Assembly: GCA_028700115.1 (NCBI GenBank)
Contig: JAQVTI010000028.1
Location: 1-5,357, forward strand
Reading direction: 5' to 3'
DNA: 5,357 nt
DNA from: Candidatus Iainarchaeum sp.
GTDB lineage: Archaea; Iainarchaeota; Iainarchaeia; Iainarchaeales; CSSED10-239
This document shows, in pieces, positions 1 through 5,357 of the stretch. The position numbers and the translations under genes were made by a program. Every line of letters begins with the position of its first letter. The first letter of the stretch is position 1. The notes under the pieces were generated by a model. The model did not search any database and had not been told where the DNA came from. It worked only from the letters and a program-made list of their open reading frames with translations.

Positions 1-47
1 TTTCAATTGTTTTTCTGTTTTTTGTTTAAGTTAAAGGAACTGATAAG

Positions 48-150
48 AAGGACTAGAGATTAAGATTAAGTGTTTTCTGTTGTTTTATTTTCTGTAGATG
101 AAACAAAAGGACTAGAGAAAGATTAAGAATTTTCTGTGGTTTTTTATTTT
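48..150. repeat. Two degenerate tandem units (~59-bp period) sharing AAGGACTAGAGA...AAGATTAAG..TTTTCTGT.GTTTT
   Basis: AAGGACTAGAGA at 48-59 and again at 107-118; both followed by AAGATTAAG, then TTTTCTGTTGTTTT / TTTTCTGTGGTTTT. TTTTCTGT also occurs at 11-18, suggesting a partial third unit. Confidence 0.6.
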
Positions 151-311
151 GAGAAATAAACTCCCAATAATGTAAATCCAACACCTATTAATCCAATTAT
201 AATTCTATATCCAAATTTTGTGATGACCGTTGAAGGTAAAAATATACAACCAACTATCGCTATAAATCCTAAAAATACTGCAACTGCAGTGCCAGTTAAA
301 TTTTGATCCAT
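144..311 (-). CDS. Small hydrophobic membrane protein, 55 aa: MDQNLTGTAVAVFLGFIAIVGCIFLPSTVITKFGYRIIIGLIGVGFTLLGVYFSK
   Basis: Manual reverse-strand translation: ATG at 311-309, TAA at 146-144. Perfect GGAGG Shine-Dalgarno at complement 323-319, 7 nt from the ATG. Two predicted TM stretches. Not in the supplied ORF track. Confidence 0.72.
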   Translation of the reverse strand: MDQNLTGTAVAVFLGFIAIVGCIFLPSTVITKFGYRIIIGLIGVGFTLLGVYFSK

Positions 312-364
312 TTTCTTTCCTCCAATTAATTATTGTCTTATATGTATCTTGAATCAATCAATTT

Positions 365-405
365 AAATATGTTACCTTATGTTACATATATATCAAATAT
401 GTTAC
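365..405 (+). promoter_or_regulatory. Putative promoter/operator: TATGTTAC repeats around a TATA-like element (CATATATAT 385-393)
   Basis: TATGTTAC at 368-375, 378-385 and 398-405, offsets of 10 and 20 bp. The TATA-like element is about 25-30 nt upstream of ATG 417. Confidence 0.5.
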
Positions 406-416
406 ATTGTGATGTT

Positions 417-1184
417 ATGACTGAATTATTTAAAGAATTAATTAAACCAAATAGTCTTTCTGGAAAAATATATTTCTTATTATTAGAAAAACCAAAAAGA
501 ATAACCGAAATCTCAAAAATAATCTATACAGATAAAATACAATTGACGCCCATAAATAGAATTTTGCCTAACTTAGTTAAAGAAAAGATTGTTTCAAATT
601 GTAAATCTGACGATTCTGATTTAAGAAATAAATATTATATATCTAATATGTCGCCTATAGTTCAATTTTGCGAAGAGAAGATAAACGATCGCGAAAATAA
701 TTATATAAACAAAGAAGAATTAGATACACTAAACATAATCTTATCATCTAATTGGTTTAGATCCTTTTTAAATGAAAAAAATCGCGAATATCTGTTTCAT
801 AAAGATTGGGGCAATAATACAACAATTCCCTATTTGCCTTTTGATAATATTGGCAGTATAATAGAAGACATTGGAATTGTTTCAGCAACACTTTCAAGGA
901 AAATAAAGATTAATAAAAAAGTAAATTATAATGATATTAATAAGTTAAAAGATTATGACTTATTTGTTTCTCAAAATCAAAATAAATACACTAGTTCAGA
1001 TAAACAAAAAGTTAAAGCCATAATTAATAATGCAAAATTAAAATTAGGAAACTATAAAGACACAAATTATAGACTTGACTTGATTATTTCGGACCCTAGT
1101 TTTATACTTATGCCACCAGATTTAGCATTTAAGCTTGCTAAGGTTGGACACATCCCCTTAACGTTGTTTAATGCGATACGTTAA
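417..1184 (+). CDS. Putative winged-helix/HTH transcriptional regulator, unknown C-terminal domain (track ORF extends to TTG 333)
   Basis: N-terminal segment LFKELIKPNSLSGKIYFLLLEKPKRITEISKIIYTDKIQLTPINRILPNLVKEKIV looks like an archaeal wHTH. In-frame ATG at 417 begins MTELFKEL; codons 333-416 look like promoter sequence. Confidence 0.55.
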   Translation: MTELFKELIKPNSLSGKIYFLLLEKPKRITEISKIIYTDKIQLTPINRILPNLVKEKIVSNCKSDDSDLRNKYYISNMSPIVQFCEEKINDRENNYINKEELDTLNIILSSNWFRSFLNEKNREYLFHKDWGNNTTIPYLPFDNIGSIIEDIGIVSATLSRKIKINKKVNYNDINKLKDYDLFVSQNQNKYTSSDKQKVKAIINNAKLKLGNYKDTNYRLDLIISDPSFILMPPDLAFKLAKVGHIPLTLFNAIR

Positions 1185-1284
1185 AGTTGAAATAAATCTT
1201 AATATTTAAAAATTAAAAATAAACCATTTCTCTCTATCTTCTATTAACATAAACTTATAAATTCTAATAATACCTAATAAATAT

Positions 1285-2142
1285 ATGATACACTACTTTC
1301 AATACTTGACACAATTAGATTTAATTAAAAGTATTTTAAATAAAAATAAAGAAAATTCAAGAATTGCAATAATTTTAATGGATAATTGTATAGAATTAGT
1401 GCTTACTAATTATATATCTCAGAATTGTGGAAATGAAATATTACCGTATGATTTTAGTAAAAAGTTAGAAATCGCCAAAATACATAAAATTATAGATGCG
1501 GAAATGCAAAGTGTATTTTTGTTATACCACCATTATCGTAATATATTACAACACACAGGAGACTCTAAATCAGATTATATTTATAATAATTTAGAATTTT
1601 ATTTTAATAAAATTGTAGATACAATAACTAATATAGATAACAAAAGATTTTCTTATGAAATGAGAAATAAAGAATATAAAGCTCTATTTGAAAAATATAA
1701 TTCTAAACCATATACCGACTCTTATAATTACATAAAAGATACTTTTACAAAATTAAAATTCGTTTGTGAGAAATCAGATATACGAAATAACCTTAAAAAT
1801 ATGTTAAAAGAATTAATCGATAGTTGGAACGAACAGAGTAGTATGGCTTATGGAGTCAGCAAATTCCAAAATACGTCTGAATGCCTTGTTTATTGTTTTA
1901 AAAATCATTACAAAAAAGAAAATAAAGACTATATCTCCAAATTCGAGAAATATATTAAAACTGTAGATAAAATTAATTTAGAATTTAACAAAATTGATAC
2001 AACACAGAATAGTTTTTTTAATGACGTGCTACAATTAGAAACAAAAGTTCTATTTTTACTGGATTTAACTTATCCTGCATTTTGTTATATTAATTCTCAA
2101 ATTGATATGCAAATAGATAGGATTAGATTAGGCGAAGATTAA
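1285..2142 (+). CDS. HEPN-like domain protein, 285 aa, putative RNase or toxin-like
   Basis: N-terminal helix SRIAIILMDNCIELVLTNYIS followed by FLLYHHYRNILQHTGD, giving R85-N-I-L-Q-H90 (R-x4-H). Mostly alpha-helical composition. TATA-like CTTATAAA near 1254-1261. Confidence 0.55.
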   Translation: MIHYFQYLTQLDLIKSILNKNKENSRIAIILMDNCIELVLTNYISQNCGNEILPYDFSKKLEIAKIHKIIDAEMQSVFLLYHHYRNILQHTGDSKSDYIYNNLEFYFNKIVDTITNIDNKRFSYEMRNKEYKALFEKYNSKPYTDSYNYIKDTFTKLKFVCEKSDIRNNLKNMLKELIDSWNEQSSMAYGVSKFQNTSECLVYCFKNHYKKENKDYISKFEKYIKTVDKINLEFNKIDTTQNSFFNDVLQLETKVLFLLDLTYPAFCYINSQIDMQIDRIRLGED

Positions 2143-2199
2143 AAACAACCCCAAATTATAGTTCGCCTTCTGCAAAAATTTCAGATTTTACATATAATC

Positions 2200-2270
2200 T
2201 TTTGTAAAAACTCAACAATTTATCAAAAATCGCCAATTTTACAAAATTTGAGGGTTTTAAAATAGTTTTG
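2200..2270. repeat. Direct repeat copy 1 (~71 bp), intergenic, with internal dyad symmetry
   Basis: TTTTGTAAAAACTCAACAATTTATCAAAAATCGCCAATTTTACAAAATTTGAGGGTTTTAAAATAGTTTTG. About 65/72 aligned positions match copy 2. TTTTGTAAAA (2200-2209) is the exact inverse complement of TTTTACAAAA (2237-2246). Confidence 0.85.
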
Positions 2271-2353
2271 GAAGAATGATTATTTGGGGATTCTAAACTA
2301 TCTACTAATAATAATAAAAATATATATCAAAAAAACAAAAATGATTTAATAAT

Positions 2354-2995
2354 ATGACCTTAATAAATATTTTAATTTTAGTATTTAGTTTAATTCTGTC
2401 TATATCTTTTGTTCTAGGAATTATTTTTTTACTAATATTTTTATTTATATTATATCCGGTGCTTTTAATAAGATATAATATATTTATTAAAAAGTATATT
2501 AGTAATTATAACCCAAAAGACACCAATATAAATTCTGTTATAATAATTAATCATCTATTTAAAGACAAAAAACACAAAAATAGTATAGTGGATAAATGTA
2601 AATATATTGTTGCTTGGGGAGTTCCAGAACTATTATCTAAATTAAAAAAATACAAAAGAACAATCGCCATATATGAGAATATTTCTAGTAAAACCTTTGA
2701 ACAAATAATGGATAATAAATATATAACAGAAGTTTACATTTTTAGTCATGGTCAAAGATTTGGTGTTGGATTATCAGATAAATTCTATAGGTATAAAAAT
2801 CTATTAAAAATAACCCCCAAAATTAAAAAGAATATAATCTGTCAGTTACATTGTGGTGGGCGGCGAAAGATGAAATCAACAGATATAAGTTTGGAATCAT
2901 TTGCAAAAAAATGTAAAATACACAATAGAGATGTGCTTCTTTTTGAAAATTGTTTTTGGATTTTATTTAAATTTGACAAATTTTATAATAAATAA
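2354..2995 (+). CDS. N-terminally membrane-anchored protein with caspase/CHAT-like (clan CD) His-Cys pattern
   Basis: Strong hydrophobic N-terminus (residues 3-38). Then hydrophobic strand + HG (EVYIFSHG, H132) and hydrophobic strand + CG (NIICQLHCGG, C167). TATA-like TATATAT 2321-2327 upstream. The CDS is solid; the function call is motif-based. Confidence 0.45.
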   Translation: MTLINILILVFSLILSISFVLGIIFLLIFLFILYPVLLIRYNIFIKKYISNYNPKDTNINSVIIINHLFKDKKHKNSIVDKCKYIVAWGVPELLSKLKKYKRTIAIYENISSKTFEQIMDNKYITEVYIFSHGQRFGVGLSDKFYRYKNLLKITPKIKKNIICQLHCGGRRKMKSTDISLESFAKKCKIHNRDVLLFENCFWILFKFDKFYNK

Positions 2996-3001
2996 GCTAG
3001 T

Positions 3002-3073
3002 TTTTGTAAAAACTCAACTTTTTCTCAAAAATCGTCAATTTCACAAAATTTGAGAGGTTTTAAAATTGTTTTG
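3002..3073. repeat. Direct repeat copy 2 (~72 bp), intergenic, starting 7 nt after the preceding stop codon
   Basis: TTTTGTAAAAACTCAACTTTTTCTCAAAAATCGTCAATTTCACAAAATTTGAGAGGTTTTAAAATTGTTTTG. Same orientation as copy 1, 802-bp offset. Confidence 0.85.
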
Positions 3074-3098
3074 TTGCAGTTATAATATATAATAAAAT

Positions 3099-4013
3099 GT
3101 GATTAATATGATTCCAGACTTTCAAGAATTAATGCTACCGCTACTTAAATTATTAAGTGATAAAAAAGAACACAATTTCTTAGATTTAATAAATATATTA
3201 AGTGATCAATATAAACTTACAGAAGAAGAAAAAAGTGCAAAGACAAGTGCTGGATTTACAATAATTGATAATAGAGTTGGTTGGGCAAAAACTTATTTAA
3301 AAAAAGCGAAATTATTAGAATATACTAAAAGAGGGTATTCTCAAATTACTGATAGAGGATTAGAAGTACTTTCTAAAAATCTTACGAAAATAGATGTTAA
3401 ATTTTTAGAACAATATGAAGAATTTAAAGAATTTAGATATATAAAAAATACAGATCAACCTCTTTCAACTACAAACATAGCAATCAATGATTCATCTTGC
3501 CAAAGTAAAACTCCTATTGAATTAATGGAAGATGGTTATAATTCAATTAATGCAAATCTAAAGCAAGAGCTATTAGATAAACTAAGAGAATATCCACCTG
3601 CTTTCTTTGAAAAAACAATATTAAAGTTATTAGAAAAAATGGGTTATGGTAAAGGAGAAGTTACTGGTAAATCAGGAGATGGAGGAGTTGATGGTATTAT
3701 TTACCAAGATAAACTAAAACTAGAAAAAATATATTTACAAGCAAAACGTTTTGCAGAAAACAATCCAGTAACTGCACACATGGTTAGAGATTTTGTTGGA
3801 GCATTAGAAGTAAATGGAGTAAATAAAGGAGTTTTCATAACAACTTCTAAATTCCCAAGAGATTCTTTAAGTAACATAAAAAGTCAAAAATCAATAAAAC
3901 TAATAGACGGCTATGAACTAGCAGACTTGATGATAGAGCACAATCTAGGAGTATCTATTGAAAATACATTTGAAATCAAGAAAATAGATTTAGACTTCTT
4001 TGATGAAGAATAA
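3099..4013 (+). CDS. mrr: Mrr-family type IV restriction endonuclease (GTG 3099 or ATG 3108 start)
   Basis: N-terminal Mrr winged-helix-like region (TSAGFTIIDNRVGWAKTYLKKAKLLEYTKRGYSQITDRGLEVL). C-terminal Mrr-type PD-(D/E)XK core (FFEKTILKLLEKMGYG...GKSGDGGVDGIIYQD...YLQAKRF; D198 and Q214-x-K216). TATA-like TTATAATATAT 3080-3090 sits ~25 nt before ATG 3108. Confidence 0.93.
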   Translation: MINMIPDFQELMLPLLKLLSDKKEHNFLDLINILSDQYKLTEEEKSAKTSAGFTIIDNRVGWAKTYLKKAKLLEYTKRGYSQITDRGLEVLSKNLTKIDVKFLEQYEEFKEFRYIKNTDQPLSTTNIAINDSSCQSKTPIELMEDGYNSINANLKQELLDKLREYPPAFFEKTILKLLEKMGYGKGEVTGKSGDGGVDGIIYQDKLKLEKIYLQAKRFAENNPVTAHMVRDFVGALEVNGVNKGVFITTSKFPRDSLSNIKSQKSIKLIDGYELADLMIEHNLGVSIENTFEIKKIDLDFFDEE

Positions 4014-4015
4014 AT

Positions 4016-4525
4016 TTAGAATAAATCTTCCACTTTTAGATTTTTTCTGATTCTTTTAAATTCTGCATCTCCAGCATACATAAATATCAAAAGGAATATA
4101 CTAAGAACTACTAATACAAAAAATAAATAAGTAAGAATAGTAATCCACATATCTAATTTTAAAGTTGTATTAATAAATTCAAATGCTAATGTAAATATAG
4201 GACTTAAAGCTAATGAAATATAAAGAAAAATTAAGGTTTTCTTTTTCAACCAATTATTTTCTGCAGAATAATTACCATATAAATATGCTTTTATTTCTAA
4301 TAATCTTAGATTTAGTTTATTCTTTAGATCATCATCTATATTTCTTAAAGTTATAAAATATTCAAACTGAAATTTATACAATTCTACAATTGTGGGATAA
4401 TCTTTAACATTTGAAAGATTTAATCTAAACATATCATATTTCTGAATAGCCGGCAAAATTTCAGTAGTTAATTTTTCAGAATCATACTTTTGCATTTTTT
4501 CTAAATCATTAAAATTTACATTCAT
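4016..4525 (-). CDS. Hypothetical protein with soluble N-terminal helical region and two C-terminal transmembrane helices
   Basis: 169 aa; hydrophobic segments TLIFLYISLALSPIFTLAFEFI and MWITILTYLFFVLVVLSIFLLIFMYAG. Start ATG 4525-4523 overlaps the stop (TGA 4524-4522) of the upstream open segment. Confidence 0.7.
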   Translation of the reverse strand: MNVNFNDLEKMQKYDSEKLTTEILPAIQKYDMFRLNLSNVKDYPTIVELYKFQFEYFITLRNIDDDLKNKLNLRLLEIKAYLYGNYSAENNWLKKKTLIFLYISLALSPIFTLAFEFINTTLKLDMWITILTYLFFVLVVLSIFLLIFMYAGDAEFKRIRKNLKVEDLF

Positions 4526-4818
4526 TCAATCACAATTTCCTTTTTCCCATCTTTAATCCCATTAAAGATAAGATTATACTCATTTTCACTTAATTCAACC
4601 AAATTTTGATATTTATTATCTTCTTTAAGTAAAGTAAACTTATCTTGTAATTGTTTAGCAATTAATCCTTTTAGAGATAATAATACTGGTTTTAATTTAA
4701 CTTGATAAGGATATTTCTTTTTCCAATTATTAAATTCATCATTAACTAGTTTTTCTGCTTCAAATATTCCAAAGACTATCCCTTGTCCAAAATAAACAAC
4801 AATATCTCCTATAGATAT
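4522..4818 (-). pseudogene. 5'-truncated fragment resembling the C-terminal part of an EVE/PUA-like domain protein
   Basis: Open frame without an ATG start: ISIGDIVVYFGQGIVFGIFEAEKLVNDEFNNWKKKYPYQVKLKPVLLSLKGLIAKQLQDKFTLLKEDNKYQNLVELSENEYNLIFNGIKDGKKEIVIE*. GD-x-VVYF...G..FGIFE...YPYQVKLKPV matches the general EVE pattern. In-frame TAA lies immediately upstream (4821-4819). ATGA overlap with the next gene. Not in the supplied ORF track. Confidence 0.5.
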
Positions 4819-4851
4819 TTACTTCTTTTCCTATAAACTTTAAATAAAACC

Positions 4852-4960
4852 TTTAAAGTGGCTATTTTAAACTCTTTTCTTATACAATCATTTACTTTAA
4901 GAAAAAGATTATTTTTAAATCATCTGTGGTTAAATTTTTAATATTATAAGCCACTTTAAA
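4852..4960. repeat. 12-bp perfect inverted repeat TTTAAAGTGGCT / AGCCACTTTAAA with overlapping 107-bp-offset direct repeats
   Basis: TTTAAAGTGGCT 4852-4863 and AGCCACTTTAAA 4949-4960. TATTTTAAACT at 4863-4873 and 4970-4980. Confidence 0.7.
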
Positions 4961-5357
4961 CCTTTAAGATATTTTAAACTATAATCTAGAATGAATTTAA
5001 TTTTTTAGACATAAAATGACACAAAAGATATTAATAGACTTTAATTTTTATGTTATTCCTTTTATTATAATTATTAAATACCTAAACTTCTAATCTTAGA
5101 TACACTACTTTACAAAGATAGCATATTTTACCCACTTGTAAAAAATCTTTTTTTTAGTTATTGTTTAAAATTAGTTATTTTATACTTAATATAGACTTAT
5201 AAACACTTTTCAGTAAATAAAGACAGAAGCAAAAAGAAAGTAAGACTTGGAAGAAATATTCTGTGGTTTAAAGAAAATGATTAAGATGAAAAGAAAGATG
5301 TTTTTGTTGTTTTTAAATTAAATTATTAATCTGCTCTTTTATTTTAATGATGGTATC

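Noticed and set aside
48-150. Possible CRISPR array from the repeated AAGGACTAGAGA units
   Set aside because: Only two clear units. Similarity runs through most of the period rather than alternating conserved repeat with unique spacer, and no cas-like gene is present.
1285-2142. HEPN/MNT toxin-antitoxin pair
   Set aside because: Neither neighbour shows the MNT nucleotidyltransferase signature (GSxARGxxxxxSDxDL), so no classical pair can be called.
2200-3073. Insertion sequence or transposon bounded by the direct repeats
   Set aside because: The enclosed gene has no transposase or recombinase features, and the repeats are direct rather than terminal inverted. Only a passive cassette interpretation is retained.
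4819-4930. Single frameshift restoring a full-length EVE-like gene upstream of 4818
   Set aside because: The other reverse frames read FKNNLFLKVNDCIRKEFKIATLKVLFKVYRKRSKYL* or terminate quickly, and none resembles the missing N-terminal part of an EVE domain.
5017-5070. Short forward ORF MTQKILIDFNFYVIPLL near the right side
   Set aside because: Only 17 codons, with no ribosome-binding site and no recognisable family; not distinguishable from chance.
5140-5156. A-run followed by T-run (AAAAATCTTTTTTTTT) as an intrinsic terminator
   Set aside because: No GC-containing stem and no supported coding gene ending nearby; likely plain AT-rich sequence.

Overview
AT-rich accessory-looking window, probably archaeal (Methanobacteriales-like composition, TATA boxes about 25-30 nt upstream of several starts; this lineage call is inference only). 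Forward strand, in order: a winged-helix-like putative regulator (track ORF 333-1184, likely true start 417), a HEPN-like protein with an R-x4-H motif (1285-2142), a small membrane-anchored protein with a caspase/CHAT-like His-Gly...Cys-Gly pattern (2354-2995), and a well-supported Mrr-family restriction endonuclease (3099-4013). The third gene is bracketed by two ~71-bp direct repeats (2200-2270 and 3002-3073, about 90% identical). On the reverse strand, a two-TM protein (4016-4525) converges on mrr with a 2-nt gap. It overlaps by ATGA the end of an open segment (4522-4818) that reads like the C-terminal part of an EVE/PUA-like domain with no usable start, probably a 5'-truncated gene. A 55-aa membrane miniprotein with a strong Shine-Dalgarno (144-311, reverse) is absent from the supplied ORF track. 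The most interesting possibility is a defense island holding a candidate HEPN plus membrane-bound caspase-like module next to a type IV restriction enzyme. The system-level link is inference.
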